A stretch of DNA of 64,000 nucleotides from a virus. Numbering within the stretch: position 1 is the stretch's first letter; each line of letters begins with the position of its first letter. Below, one piece after another: positions 48,222 through 58,081 of the stretch. The notes beneath the pieces were generated by a model, which did no database searches, was not told where the DNA came from, and saw only the letters and a list, made by a program, of their open reading frames with translations. Both the position numbers and the translations under genes were made by a program. The DNA is taken from the IMG/VR virus record IMGVR_UViG_3300021964_006878, positions 1 through 64,000 of that record; one strand, 5' to 3'.

Positions 48222-48829
48222 GTGATATCAGGATATGCTTGAGAAACAATATCCTTAGTAATATTATACTTATTTTCTAGGTTCTTATCCTTTACAAGGC
48301 ACAAGATCTCTGCGTCAAGTGGATGCAGACCTTCAAGCATCTGAATAAACATGGTCTCTCTACGAAGACTCTTAAGTTGGTCGTTACCACCTTTACAGAA
48401 GTTGTAAAATCTCCGATACTCTTTACGAATAGTGGTCTTGCCTTTCTTCAGGTCACTAATTCCCATGGAATCATTCTGATTATATTCCATGGTACCAACT
48501 GCCTGAGCAATCTTAGTGCTCAGAGTACCAGTAGTAATTTGCTCATCCTTCATACTAGAGTATGGCACTTCACCAGGAGGGAGCAGAGAAATCACACTCT
48601 CATCAAAATTCCAAATGAATAATGCTTTGATAGAATCATGTTCATGCTTCTTAAGCACCTCTATCTTCTTTGCTTTTGTTTTCTGCTTATTCACCAGAGC
48701 AAAAACTTCAAAGGTAAAAGGATTAGGTGGCAGTTCCAGTGTTGCTGGTGCTGCCTTCGGTCTAGGAGTAGACGCTTTCTTAATCGTCGTCTTCCTCGTC
48801 GTGGTCTTGGGTTTCGTAGTCATTTTCAA
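48203..48829 (-). CDS. Conserved T4-like cyanophage protein (208 aa)
   Basis: LPPNPFTFEVF...WNFDESVISLLPPGEVPY...RRETMFIQMLEGLHP. Confidence 0.8.
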   Translation of the reverse strand: MKMTTKPKTTTRKTTIKKASTPRPKAAPATLELPPNPFTFEVFALVNKQKTKAKKIEVLKKHEHDSIKALFIWNFDESVISLLPPGEVPYSSMKDEQITTGTLSTKIAQAVGTMEYNQNDSMGISDLKKGKTTIRKEYRRFYNFCKGGNDQLKSLRRETMFIQMLEGLHPLDAEILCLVKDKNLENKYNITKDIVSQAYPDITWGGRS

Positions 48830-49007
48830 ATCTTACAGCTAAAATTTCATCTGGTAATACATTACCATATTCATCCAACATTTCAGGATGAATGTACGGG
48901 AGTGCCTGTCTTTGGAATATTTCTCTTGCAATGAGTCCAATCAAACCACCAATAAGCAGAAATTGAACAGATACAAGGGAAAAAAGAGTTATAGTTGCAG
49001 CATTCAT
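48780..49007 (-). CDS. Small membrane protein (75 aa)
   Basis: N-terminal TM segment; HPEMLDEYGNVLPDEILAVRFEN. Confidence 0.7.
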   Translation of the reverse strand: MNAATITLFSLVSVQFLLIGGLIGLIAREIFQRQALPYIHPEMLDEYGNVLPDEILAVRFENDYETQDHDEEDDD

Positions 49008-49225
49008 AAACCTTCTCCAAGAGATTTTTTTCTAATAAGTAAATTTATCTCAAAGTTAAAATGAATCTCTCTTCCAAAGAAAGAGACCATTTTGGCAAAC
49101 TTCACATAGTTGCCTTTTTGGGGTGCTGGTCTCCCTCCCAATAGTAATTCTACACCTTTATTTATTGCAATATCAGAGGAGTTTTTCTTCCCTGAGGTAT
49201 TTGATGGTTTCACTACATCCTCCAA
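49004..49225 (-). CDS. Hypothetical protein (start uncertain)
   Basis: INKGVELLL...SFFGREIHFNFEI. Confidence 0.55.
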   Translation of the reverse strand: MEDVVKPSNTSGKKNSSDIAINKGVELLLGGRPAPQKGNYVKFAKMVSFFGREIHFNFEINLLIRKKSLGEGL

Positions 49226-49409
49226 GTTTCTTTTGGTCCGCTAGAATTTGGGGAAATGATGTACCATGTCCGAATTCATTATAGAATTCATCAGGGGTGA
49301 AGTCTCTTCCAAGTTTATATTCTACAAACTTTTGTTCGGTTAGTGTGAGGACCTGAACGATCTTATCACAATATGGGCATCCTGGTTTTGAATATACAAT
49401 TAAATTCAT
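49173..49409 (-). CDS. nrdC: Glutaredoxin
   Basis: YSKPGCPYC...SFPQI...LGG. Confidence 0.92.
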   Translation of the reverse strand: MNLIVYSKPGCPYCDKIVQVLTLTEQKFVEYKLGRDFTPDEFYNEFGHGTSFPQILADQKKLGGCSETIKYLREEKLL

Positions 49410-50050
49410 TGTTGTACTCCTTTCCAATCATTTTCAAAGATTGCCATTCCCATATCGGTAAGGATATGATCATGCATCTGTTCAAATATAGAAGGTGGCA
49501 TAGTTACTACACTAGCACCATTATACCATGAACGGACAGCACGTTGCACACTACGAATAGATGCCGAGAGTACTTGAGTAGGAGCACCCTGTATACGATA
49601 CAGTTCAGAAATAGAACGTACAACTTCTAGACCTGCTACTGATTGGTCATCCAATCGTCCTACGAAAGGAGAAACATAATATGCACCTGCTCGTGCTGCA
49701 AGAACTGCCTGGGCAGCAGAGAAGATAAGAGTCACATTGACACGGATGTTATTGTATGATAATTCGCTGCAAGCTTTAAGACCTTCACGAGTCATAGGAA
49801 CCTTAACAGTGCAAGGAAACCCAAATGTTTCAAACAAACGACGACCTTCTGCAATCATATCATCAGCATTCCCCATGACTTCCATGCTGATATCTCGGAT
49901 ACCCATGTCCTTGATCTCTTGATAGACATCATCAGGTTTCCGACCACTCTTCATAATCAGAGTAGGATTTGTAGTGATGCCATCAATCAATCCAGTATCA
50001 TTATATTTACGAATCAATTCTGTGTCTGCTGTATCCAGAAAAATTTTCAT
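49406..50050 (-). CDS. talC: Transaldolase
   Basis: MKIFLDTAD...GITTNPTLI...YVSPFVGRLDD. Confidence 0.95.
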   Translation of the reverse strand: MKIFLDTADTELIRKYNDTGLIDGITTNPTLIMKSGRKPDDVYQEIKDMGIRDISMEVMGNADDMIAEGRRLFETFGFPCTVKVPMTREGLKACSELSYNNIRVNVTLIFSAAQAVLAARAGAYYVSPFVGRLDDQSVAGLEVVRSISELYRIQGAPTQVLSASIRSVQRAVRSWYNGASVVTMPPSIFEQMHDHILTDMGMAIFENDWKGVQQ

Positions 50051-50247
50051 TTGAGTTTATTTAAAAATTCTCTCTCGTCATTATATAGAAACTTCATATC
50101 TTTGTCAAGGAAATATTCAATTCCTATCACGACTTCTGGTAGCAACCATTCATGCACTGGTAGACATGCTTCCCAGTTCACAGGTTGAATACAATTCATA
50201 ACCACCACCGACCAAAAGGCAGCAGCATAATTGATGATGCTAGTCAT
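50047..50247 (-). CDS. Conserved cyanophage hypothetical protein
   Basis: AFWSVVVMNCIQPVNWEACLPVHEWL. Confidence 0.7.
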   Translation of the reverse strand: MTSIINYAAAFWSVVVMNCIQPVNWEACLPVHEWLLPEVVIGIEYFLDKDMKFLYNDEREFLNKLK

Positions 50248-51173
50248 GTTACTTTCCCGATAACCCATGACCTCATACCGAATGGAGTATCAGCAATCAG
50301 AGTTTGAGTTAGTGTTGCTACCTCTTGTGGCACCACCAAACAGAATCCAATACCAAGATTGAATACATTACGCATCTCATCTTCAGCAATGTCTCCTGCC
50401 TCCTGGATCTTGTTAAAGAGTTCTGGTCTCTCCCAAGCATCATAGTCAACATCAACTTTAAGACCTGCTGGAAGGCATCGTGGAAGGTTCTCAGGCAGTC
50501 CTCCACCTGTGATGTGTGCCATGCCTAGGATAGGAACCTCATCCAACAGGTGCTGGATCAGACGAGAATAGATGGTGGTTGGAACCAGCAGCTCAGGCAT
50601 CTCTTTATAATAGATGTAATTTCTCCACAGCATATCATTGACGAGTGTGTATCCATTACTATGAAGTCCACTGCTCTCAATACCAATGACTACATCACCA
50701 GGTCTGATGTTACTACCATCAACAATATCATTCTTCTCTACAATACCAGTACAGAAACCAGCAAGGTCATATTCAGTTGCTCTATAATGTTCTGCCGTTT
50801 CTCCACCTAGGAGTTCCATACCAGCCATTACACAACCAACATTAACTCCATACACAATGTCACTGACGTTAGCATCAAGTGATTTAGTAGAGATATAATC
50901 TAGAAAATATAATGGTTTAGCACCAGAACATATAACGTCATTGACGCACATAGCAACAAGGTCCTGACCAATAGTGGTGTAATCAAAAGCAATCCTACAG
51001 ATATTAATTTTAGTTCCGACACCATCAGCACCAGATACCAGCACAGGTTTCTCATATCCTGATGGAATCTCCATCATTCCATTGAACCCACCAATGTTAG
51101 GTGCCAGTGCTTTGATATACTCTACAAAGGAACGTCCCTTAATAATATCAACACCAGAAGTTTTATAATCCAT
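50244..51173 (-). CDS. purM: AIR synthetase
   Basis: YKTSGVDI, DGVGTK, GGETAE, SSGLHSNG, HITGGG. Confidence 0.95.
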   Translation of the reverse strand: MDYKTSGVDIIKGRSFVEYIKALAPNIGGFNGMMEIPSGYEKPVLVSGADGVGTKINICRIAFDYTTIGQDLVAMCVNDVICSGAKPLYFLDYISTKSLDANVSDIVYGVNVGCVMAGMELLGGETAEHYRATEYDLAGFCTGIVEKNDIVDGSNIRPGDVVIGIESSGLHSNGYTLVNDMLWRNYIYYKEMPELLVPTTIYSRLIQHLLDEVPILGMAHITGGGLPENLPRCLPAGLKVDVDYDAWERPELFNKIQEAGDIAEDEMRNVFNLGIGFCLVVPQEVATLTQTLIADTPFGMRSWVIGKVT

Positions 51174-51370
51174 CAGTCTCTTCCCAAACGAATGTACAAA
51201 GTAATCAATGATTGTGAGATTAGATCACAAGAATATGTGAATCCAATCTTATCTTCCTTGTCCCAGTGTTCTCTTTGACTTTTAAGAAGTGTGGAAAACT
51301 CCTTAATTTTAGACCTCATTTCCTCTTTAGATAATTTATCCAATGATTTCACCTTTGGCAATTTGTTCAC
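51173..51370 (-). CDS. Hypothetical protein
   Basis: ORF coupled to purM; start uncertain. Confidence 0.55.
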   Translation of the reverse strand: MNKLPKVKSLDKLSKEEMRSKIKEFSTLLKSQREHWDKEDKIGFTYSCDLISQSLITLYIRLGRD

Positions 51371-51608
51371 GACGTTTTAGTTTCCATACGATGTAATCCA
51401 TTGTAGGGATACACATAGGATTCCAACCAACAAAGGATGTTGATTCTCCACTTGGTATCTTCCAACAGGGAGCATCATCATTCTCAAGGTCTAATGACTT
51501 ACGATACTCTTCCTCACCAAACATAACAACAGCACGTTCTGCTTCATTCAAACTCTTGAAGCAATCAAAAGAATTCTTTCTAATGATGTCAGGGATGTGA
51601 TGTTTCAT
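51336..51608 (-). CDS. Conserved cyanophage hypothetical protein
   Basis: MKHHIPDIIRKNSFDCF...GWNPMCIPTMDYIVWKLK. Confidence 0.7.
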   Translation of the reverse strand: MKHHIPDIIRKNSFDCFKSLNEAERAVVMFGEEEYRKSLDLENDDAPCWKIPSGESTSFVGWNPMCIPTMDYIVWKLKRREQIAKGEIIG

Positions 51609-51825
51609 TTTGAATCTCAAGTTTAAGTTTACGAATACCAGTGATGAAATAACCAAAGTCCCTGGTTTCTGTGATGGGTTTTGTCTCACCACATACACCA
51701 CACTTTGATTCATACACAGATGAACATCCTACAGAATAAACTCCATACTTATGTCCACAATCAAAACAAGTGTTGTAGGCAGTTTCAAGTTTCTTAAGTA
51801 GGGTCTTTTTTTCTTTGATGGTCAT
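51589..51825 (-). CDS. Small Zn-ribbon protein
   Basis: CFDCG...CGVCG. Confidence 0.65.
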   Translation of the reverse strand: MTIKEKKTLLKKLETAYNTCFDCGHKYGVYSVGCSSVYESKCGVCGETKPITETRDFGYFITGIRKLKLEIQNETSHP

Positions 51826-51827
51826 TA

Positions 51828-52058
51828 TTAAAATCTCCAAGTGCGTTCCAGTAATCCAATATTCAATCCAAACTTATAAACACTAAACAAAATAGAAATT
51901 AGATTGCCCATACCAGATTGGATTTGAAGAAAAGGCCAAACAGGATACTCATACCAATGTGCTGATGCTTGAAAAAGTGCCCATCGTTTGGTGAATAATA
52001 CTTGGACATACCAATCTTGTCCAAAATCACAATCACGGGTGAACTTAATTAGTTTCAT
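51828..52058 (-). CDS. Hypothetical protein (76 aa)
   Basis: ORF track; coupled to neighbour. Confidence 0.6.
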   Translation of the reverse strand: MKLIKFTRDCDFGQDWYVQVLFTKRWALFQASAHWYEYPVWPFLQIQSGMGNLISILFSVYKFGLNIGLLERTWRF

Positions 52059-52318
52059 GTTTCATATCCGTAATACTTCTCGTTGTAGTATGGGTTGCTG
52101 TTTATAAAGAACGACTTAATAAACTCTTCTTTACTTTCTTTCTTTGGTGGCACATAGTACATCTCCAACCATCCTTTATTGATGAGCTCAAAGAAACTTG
52201 GTTCCCACGATGCTAATGAGTTTAATGGATCAAACCTTTCACTGATTGCTAACCACCAAGTATCATACCAGTCTCCACCAAATCTAAAACGGATCTTGTC
52301 AAGTTGTTCTTCGGTCAT
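52055..52318 (-). CDS. Hypothetical protein (87 aa)
   Basis: ORF track; ATGA overlap with purC. Confidence 0.6.
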   Translation of the reverse strand: MTEEQLDKIRFRFGGDWYDTWWLAISERFDPLNSLASWEPSFFELINKGWLEMYYVPPKKESKEEFIKSFFINSNPYYNEKYYGYET

Positions 52319-53013
52319 TGGATTGCAAGTGGTTGTAGTCTATCTAGAATCTCACGATAGGCAGGTACAATATCTCCTTCATCCTTTCGGAATAGGTCTT
52401 TATCAAATCTTTCATCACTACCAATCTTCCATAGTCTCATACTATCAGGACTAATTTCATCGGCAAGATACAAATCACCATGAGCATCATAACCATACTC
52501 AACTTTAAAATCTACAAGGTCAACGCCCATGATGTAAAACATCTGACGTAAGAAATCATTGATACGCAATGTCATCTCAATGAAAGGTTCAGGATCATAT
52601 CCCATCAGACGCACACGGTCAGGGGTGAGTAGAGGATCATGCTTGCTATCATCCTTCAGGAAGAATTCTACAATAGGATGTGGTAGTGGAGAACCTTCTA
52701 CTAAAGTTGTTTCTCTTACAATAGATCCAGCAGCACGATTCCTACAAATAACTTCTAGAGGAACAATTTCTACCTTCTTACAGATCATCTTGTTAGCACC
52801 AACCATATTAATATAATGAGTTGGAATAAGTTCTTTGGAAAGTTTCTCAAAAATGATAGATGAAATACTGCAGCAAAGAGATCCTTTTCCTAAAGGATGA
52901 TCAACCATCTCACCATTGCCAGCAGTTACCTTATCATGATACTCAATGATGACTTGCTGTGCATCGTCACCTGCGTATACCGTCTTTACCTTTCCTTCTG
53001 TAATTACTTCCAT
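52315..53013 (-). CDS. purC: SAICAR synthetase
   Basis: EGKVKTVY, PLEVICRN.AAGS, LVDFKVEYG, LADEISPDSMRLW. Confidence 0.95.
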   Translation of the reverse strand: MEVITEGKVKTVYAGDDAQQVIIEYHDKVTAGNGEMVDHPLGKGSLCCSISSIIFEKLSKELIPTHYINMVGANKMICKKVEIVPLEVICRNRAAGSIVRETTLVEGSPLPHPIVEFFLKDDSKHDPLLTPDRVRLMGYDPEPFIEMTLRINDFLRQMFYIMGVDLVDFKVEYGYDAHGDLYLADEISPDSMRLWKIGSDERFDKDLFRKDEGDIVPAYREILDRLQPLAIQ

Positions 53014-53207
53014 TAATTAACCTCAGATTTGTATGTAATAGTAATTTGATTATATACTTCATCTCTATTGTCGCTGTTGTAAACATGACAACTTTCCATC
53101 TTAGCATCTAATAATCTCACCACATTATCTAGTTGCCATTTAGCAGCATACTCTTTAAATTCAGGAGTGATACCTATCTTATTAGATCCTGGTGTGTTAA
53201 ATTCCAT
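53013..53207 (-). CDS. Hypothetical protein (64 aa)
   Basis: ORF between purS and purC. Confidence 0.6.
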   Translation of the reverse strand: MEFNTPGSNKIGITPEFKEYAAKWQLDNVVRLLDAKMESCHVYNSDNRDEVYNQITITYKSEVN

Positions 53208-53482
53208 TACTCAATACCTTTAGGAAATTCTTCAATCTCAGTCAGTTCGTAGTCCCAGTCTTCCATGACTGTATTGGCAAGAAATCTATCAGATAGCATT
53301 TCAAGTTCCTTCTCAGCATACTCTCTGCTCTCTGCTTCTAACCAAATATCAATCACCTTACCTAGTCTAAGTTTCTTGATATTTAACTCAGACAATCTCT
53401 TACAGGCATCTCTCACGGCATTACCAGGAGAGTCATCAACCTGTGATCTCAGACGGACAAATACAAGTGCTTTAAACTTCAT
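53207..53482 (-). CDS. purS: FGAM synthase subunit PurS
   Basis: VRLR.QVDDSPGNAV...LRLGKVI...LANTVMED. Confidence 0.9.
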   Translation of the reverse strand: MKFKALVFVRLRSQVDDSPGNAVRDACKRLSELNIKKLRLGKVIDIWLEAESREYAEKELEMLSDRFLANTVMEDWDYELTEIEEFPKGIE

Positions 53483-53643
53483 GCTTGTTCCCTCTCATCA
53501 AGTGCTTCATTGATAATCTGCTTCAACTCTTCACGTTCTTCTGGTGTGAAGATTGTACGGATTTTCACTGGCATCGGTTCATAGCTACTTGGTTTCTTTG
53601 ATTTACCAGGAAGACTCATGCCTTGAGTATCAATTTTGTCCAT
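53479..53643 (-). CDS. Small hypothetical protein (54 aa)
   Basis: Manual translation MDKIDTQGMSLPGKSKKP...ELKQIINEALDEREQA. Confidence 0.65.
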   Translation of the reverse strand: MDKIDTQGMSLPGKSKKPSSYEPMPVKIRTIFTPEEREELKQIINEALDEREQA

Positions 53644-53779
53644 TGTTCTTTTTCACCCAGCAAGGTTTACATAACGAATTTGTCCAACTACCACCAGGTG
53701 CTTGGTGTCCTACTTGAGGTGTTTGATTCGCTGGCACCATTTTACCACACCCAACGCATTTTGTCTCCCACATTTCCAT
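53630..53779 (-). CDS. Small Zn-finger protein (49 aa)
   Basis: MEMWETKCVGCGK...SLCKPCWVKK. Confidence 0.6.
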   Translation of the reverse strand: MEMWETKCVGCGKMVPANQTPQVGHQAPGGSWTNSLCKPCWVKKNNGQN

Positions 53780-53781
53780 AA

Positions 53782-54012
53782 TTACTTTTTGCGGGTTTTT
53801 ATTTCATTGCAAATTTCTGTGATTTCAGATTCAAAATAATTCCTATCTCTTTTTATTAGATCCCGAATATTGATACTAGTTACATAATTATAATTATGAA
53901 TATCATTTTTGATATCATATTCCAATTTATGAATACGATATCCAAGTTTACGCATTTTAAAATATAAAATACAAATTATAACAACAAGAAATCCTATTGC
54001 GTAGTTGATCAT
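53782..54012 (-). CDS. Small membrane protein (76 aa)
   Basis: N-terminal TM segment; very AT-rich. Confidence 0.5.
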   Translation of the reverse strand: MINYAIGFLVVIICILYFKMRKLGYRIHKLEYDIKNDIHNYNYVTSINIRDLIKRDRNYFESEITEICNEIKTRKK

Positions 54013-54044
54013 TAAAAAAGAGGGTCCTTAACCCCCTTATTATA

Positions 54045-54263
54045 TCACTGATTGTTCTGCTTGTAAAGGTCTTCAAGTCTTTCTCTACTGAGATCAACAT
54101 ACATCAACTCTTCACCTGCTTGTGGTGCCTCGGGATGCTTTGGTTTGGGAGGATTCCTCATCTCTACGTTAATAGATTGAATGTTACTCCACATCATAGC
54201 AAACGCAGCACCAGCAATGAGAGCAAAGCATACACCGTAAACAAAAACAAGATAGTGATTCAT
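54045..54263 (-). CDS. DUF2973-like membrane protein
   Basis: AGAAFAMMWSNI...HPEAP..GEELMYVDL. Confidence 0.7.
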   Translation of the reverse strand: MNHYLVFVYGVCFALIAGAAFAMMWSNIQSINVEMRNPPKPKHPEAPQAGEELMYVDLSRERLEDLYKQNNQ

Positions 54264-54268
54264 AGTAG

Positions 54269-54460
54269 TTATTTGTTGTTTTTACATGATAGTCCATAAT
54301 AATAAATCTTATTGTGATTGTTCTGCCCCATTCGATAAGGAAACATTTCTTCTGCTCTTTCCTTTATCTGAAGTTCAGTTAAGTTTGGTGCCTCATAACA
54401 AATCGTAGACATGTAATAAGACATTCCTGCTGCTAATAAGAAAGACATAAAACTTATCAT
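54269..54460 (-). CDS. Hypothetical protein (63 aa)
   Basis: ORF track. Confidence 0.5.
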   Translation of the reverse strand: MISFMSFLLAAGMSYYMSTICYEAPNLTELQIKERAEEMFPYRMGQNNHNKIYYYGLSCKNNK

Positions 54461-54523
54461 AATTTAATTATCTATAATAAAAGCACCCCTGTAAAGGAGT
54501 GCTGTGACGGTTTGGGAAGTGGT

Positions 54524-55087
54524 TTAGAGTGCTTCCAGATTTTCTACCAGTGTTTTGAGTTCTGTAAGTGTGGCATCATTCTTGAGAGTATTAGCCCTAT
54601 AACTTATTACCCAGATATTATCAGGAGTATATCCTTTTCCAGGAACTTTTTGATCTAAACTTGGATTTCTTGGGTCTGTCTTATCACTTGTAGATACTAA
54701 TGGTATTCCAAGTAAAGGACAAACTTCTGGTATTACAATATCATCCATAGAGATTGTAAAGGGTATACCTTTTTTCTTTGCTCTGTGTTGAGCATTATGA
54801 TACATCTTATATCTACGGTCGTCTCGTTTGAGAGTTCCTTCAGGTTTCTTTTTAGTTTTATTGAAGGTAATTGTAGTTTCTCTTCTAACACACCCACAAC
54901 TTGTAGTTCTTCCAGTCGTTAATCCACTTCTGTCACAAGTTTTTTCTCCACCACATTCACATTTACAAGTTGCATATACTCTGGTTTTTCCACTCTTTAA
55001 AATAACTTCTTCTTTTAAAACAGTAAGTTTTCCAAACTTCTCATCAACTAAAGCACCACAAGGTTTTGATTTATTATTTAATCCCAT
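54524..55087 (-). mobile_element. Free-standing HNH-like homing endonuclease downstream of psbD
   Basis: FGKLTVL...CKCECG...SCGC; CPLLGI...PSLDQKVPGKGYTPDNIWVISYRANTLKND; TATAAATA at 55113-55120. Confidence 0.85.
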
Positions 55088-55148
55088 GACACGAACTATG
55101 AATAACTATTATTATTTATATAATATCATACTCTGGGTCTTATGTAAA

Positions 55149-55171
55149 TAAAAAAGACCCCGAAGGGTCTT
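55149..55171 (-). terminator. psbD terminator
   Basis: AAGACCC-TTCG-GGGTCTTTTT. Confidence 0.85.
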
Positions 55172-55176
55172 GAGTA

Positions 55177-56235
55177 TCAAAGAGCATTTCCTCTTGGAAG
55201 GATCTCCTCAATTACAGGAAAGTTTTCGTGTGGTTGGTCAATAGTCATCATCCATTCACGGAGGCCATTGTTCAACAAAATATTTTTCGTGTAGAAAGTT
55301 TCGTATGAAGCGTCCTCTGCTGCTCTAATCTCTTGACTCACAAAATCATAGGCACGAAGATTAAAAGCAAGCCCAATGATCCCAATAGAGGAGACCCAAA
55401 GACCCATGACAGGAACAAAAAGCATAAGGAAATGAAGAAACCGCTTATTGCTAAACGCAATCCCGAAGATTTGCGACCAGAAACGGTTCGCAGTAACCAT
55501 CGAATAGGTCTCCTCCTCCTGAGTGGAATCGAACGCTTTAAATGTGTTTGCCTGTTCTCCATCTTCATACAATGTATTTTCTACTGTGACACCATGGATA
55601 GCACTGAGTAGTGCTCCTCCTAGTATACCAGCAACTCCCATCATATGGAAGGGGTTGAGGGTCCAGTTGTGGAAACCCTGAAGGAACAATAGGAATCTAA
55701 AGATTGCTGCTACCCCGAAACTAGGTGCAAAGAACCATGAAGACTGACCCAGTGGATAGATAAGGAATACACTGACAAAAACAGCAATAGGACCAGAGAA
55801 CGCAATAGCATTGTAAGGACGGATACCAATCAGGCGAGCAAGTTCAAACTGTCGAAGCATGAAACCAATGAGAGCAAAGGCTCCGTGGAGTGCCACAAAA
55901 TTCCAGAGTCCCCCAAGTTGGCACCAGCGTTGAAAGTCCCCTTGAGACTCAGGACCCCAAAGTAGCAAAAGAGAATGACCCATAGCGTCAGCAGGCGTCG
56001 AGACAGCTGCCGTAAGAAAGTTAGCACCCTCAAGATAGGAAGAAGCAAGACCATGGGTGTACCAACTCGTAACAAAAGATGTGCCAGTAAGCCAACCGCC
56101 AATGGCAAGATAAGCAGTGGGAAGAAGTAAGAGTCCAGACCAACCCACAAAGACAAAGCGATCCCGTTTAAGCCAGTCATCCAGGACATCAAACCATCCC
56201 CTCCCTTGTTGCTGTGATAATGTTGATGTTGTCAC
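55177..56235 (-). CDS. psbD: Photosystem II D2 protein
   Basis: [22 protein letters not shown]...PRGNAL; GTG start. Confidence 0.98.
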   Translation of the reverse strand: MTTSTLSQQQGRGWFDVLDDWLKRDRFVFVGWSGLLLLPTAYLAIGGWLTGTSFVTSWYTHGLASSYLEGANFLTAAVSTPADAMGHSLLLLWGPESQGDFQRWCQLGGLWNFVALHGAFALIGFMLRQFELARLIGIRPYNAIAFSGPIAVFVSVFLIYPLGQSSWFFAPSFGVAAIFRFLLFLQGFHNWTLNPFHMMGVAGILGGALLSAIHGVTVENTLYEDGEQANTFKAFDSTQEEETYSMVTANRFWSQIFGIAFSNKRFLHFLMLFVPVMGLWVSSIGIIGLAFNLRAYDFVSQEIRAAEDASYETFYTKNILLNNGLREWMMTIDQPHENFPVIEEILPRGNAL

Positions 56236-56498
56236 TATTTAAACCCTCCTTTTAGATTTTTTTGTTTTTTGTTTTTAATATCCAAAACTTCTATATGAGA
56301 TTTGAATACTGTTGGAAGATTAAACCATTCTTCTTGTGCTCGTTCATAACCCTCAAAGATTTTACTTTGACCGTCTGAATACACAAATCGGTAGTGATGT
56401 CTATCATATGGTGTGTCAGAAGTTTGAGCAAACCATTTCGGTAGTTCTGGTAAGACATCATCCAAGATTCTTTCTTCTGGATCTAATTTTCCATTCAT
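56235..56498 (-). CDS. Hypothetical protein between psbA and psbD
   Basis: [15 protein letters not shown]...SHIEVLD. Confidence 0.7.
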   Translation of the reverse strand: MNGKLDPEERILDDVLPELPKWFAQTSDTPYDRHHYRFVYSDGQSKIFEGYERAQEEWFNLPTVFKSHIEVLDIKNKKQKNLKGGFK

Positions 56499-56531
56499 GA
56501 GAATAAGTAATTAAACTTAACATTTGTAAGT

Positions 56532-56560
56532 AAAAAAAGAGGGGATCCGAAGACCCCCTT
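56532..56560 (-). terminator. psbA terminator
   Basis: GGGGGTC-TTCG-GATCCCCTCTTTTTTT. Confidence 0.85.
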
Positions 56561-56586
56561 GCTTCCTATTAATTATAGCAGATATA

Positions 56587-57666
56587 TCAACCAACTGTGG
56601 GTGCAATTAAGGCCACAGGTGTGGACTCTACTGCTGCCAAATCAAGTGGGAAGTTGTGTGCGTTTCTCTCGTGCATCACCTCCATACCAAGTCCTGCTCG
56701 GTTAAGAACGTCTGCCCAAGTGTTAAGAACTCTACCCTGTCCGTCGATAACAGACTGGTTGAAGTTAAATCCATTCAAATTGAATGCCATGGTGCTTACG
56801 CCCAGTGCGGTGAACCAGATACCAACAACAGGCCATGCAGCAAGGAAGAAGTGCAATGAGCGTGAGTTGTTGAATGAAGCGTATTGGAAGATCAAACGAC
56901 CAAAGTAACCGTGAGCGGCAACAATGTTGTATGTCTCTTCTTCTTGTCCGAACTTGTAACCATAGTTCTGTGACTCAGTTTCAGTCGTCTCACGGACGAG
57001 TGAAGATGTAACCAAAGAACCGTGCATCGCTGAGAACAATGAACCACCGAAGACACCAGCCACTCCAAGCATGTGGAAGGGGTGCATCAGGATGTTGTGC
57101 TCTGCTTGGAAGACAAGCATGTAGTTGAATGTACCACTGATACCCAAAGGCATCGCATCAGAGAATGAACCTTGACCGAAAGGATAGACGAGGAATACAG
57201 CAGATGCTGCTGCTACTGGAGCAGAGTATGCTACACAGATCCATGGACGCATACCTAAGCGGTAAGAAAGTTCCCACTCACGTCCCATATAAGCATAGAT
57301 GCCGATAAGGAAGTGGAAGACTACGAGTTGGAAAGGACCACCGTTATACAGCCACTCATCAAGAGATGCTGCTTCCCAGATGGGATAGAAGTGAAGACCA
57401 ATTGCGTTGGAGGATGGGACAACAGCACCAGAGATGATGTTGTTACCGTACATGAGTGAACCAGCAACTGGTTCGCGGATACCGTCAATATCGACGGGGG
57501 GTGCTGCTACAAAAGCAACGATGAAACAGATGGTTGCCGCCAACAGAGTTGGGATCATCAGCACACCAAACCAACCGACATAGAGACGATTGTTGGTAGA
57601 TGTAACCCACTCGCAGAATTGTTCCCACGAAGAGGTTGATTGTTGTCTAGAAAGAGTTGAAGCCAT
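56587..57666 (-). CDS. psbA: Photosystem II D1 protein
   Basis: [15 protein letters not shown]...[13 protein letters not shown]; no intron. Confidence 0.98.
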   Translation of the reverse strand: MASTLSRQQSTSSWEQFCEWVTSTNNRLYVGWFGVLMIPTLLAATICFIVAFVAAPPVDIDGIREPVAGSLMYGNNIISGAVVPSSNAIGLHFYPIWEAASLDEWLYNGGPFQLVVFHFLIGIYAYMGREWELSYRLGMRPWICVAYSAPVAAASAVFLVYPFGQGSFSDAMPLGISGTFNYMLVFQAEHNILMHPFHMLGVAGVFGGSLFSAMHGSLVTSSLVRETTETESQNYGYKFGQEEETYNIVAAHGYFGRLIFQYASFNNSRSLHFFLAAWPVVGIWFTALGVSTMAFNLNGFNFNQSVIDGQGRVLNTWADVLNRAGLGMEVMHERNAHNFPLDLAAVESTPVALIAPTVG

Positions 57667-57679
57667 TGTTTTGAACAAA

Positions 57680-57750
57680 AAAGTAAGACCATCAGGGAAT
57701 GGTGGAGTTACTATTTCCCAGACACCCTAAGTCTGGGATATGAAAGACTG
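57680..57750 (-). ncRNA. PhotoRC-II-like RNA motif in the psbA 5' UTR
   Basis: UCUUUCAUA-UCCCAGAC-UUAGGGU-GUCUGGGA-AAUAGUAA...ACCAU-UCCCUG-AUGGU-CUUAC; loop-loop AGGG/CCCU complementarity. Confidence 0.8.
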
Positions 57751-57830
57751 TTGTTTAGACACGCTGTTTAGTCTTGGTAAGGCGTGTTACAAATGGTTAA
57801 GAAATGTGTTGGTTCCGTAACCTCTCGACT

Positions 57831-57864
57831 TATTTATAATACCACTGTTTTGGGTCTCTGTCAA
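57831..57864 (-). promoter_or_regulatory. Overlapping early (sigma70) and late promoters for psbA
   Basis: TTGACA-N17-TATTAT overlapping TATAAATA. Confidence 0.75.
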
Positions 57865-57868
57865 CCCC

Positions 57869-58030
57869 CTAGTACCGATATTCTTGAATTCTATCCAAGA
57901 CTCGATTGAGATACTTGTGTGCTAGATCCTTTTCTTTCTGCCAAACCGATTTCGATTCTCCGTCAACCTCATGCTTGAGTTTGAGAACATGGCATATCAG
58001 TTCATCTTTGTTCAATTGATTCTTTGGCAT
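57869..58030 (-). CDS. Small conserved hypothetical protein (53 aa)
   Basis: MPKNQLNKDELICHVLKLK...LAHKYLNRVLDRIQEYRY. Confidence 0.7.
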   Translation of the reverse strand: MPKNQLNKDELICHVLKLKHEVDGESKSVWQKEKDLAHKYLNRVLDRIQEYRY

Positions 58031-58034
58031 ATTA

Positions 58035-58077
58035 CAAAAAAAGACCTTACTCAGTATATAGAGTAAAGTCTTTTTTG
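58035..58077. terminator. Bidirectional terminator-like hairpin
   Basis: AAAAAAAGAC.TTACTC...GAGTAA.GTCTTTTTT. Confidence 0.65.
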
Positions 58078-58081
58078 TCTG

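Noticed and set aside
56587-57666. Group I intron in psbA (also checked psbD and thyX)
   Set aside because: All three frames are continuous and full length; the HEGs are free-standing
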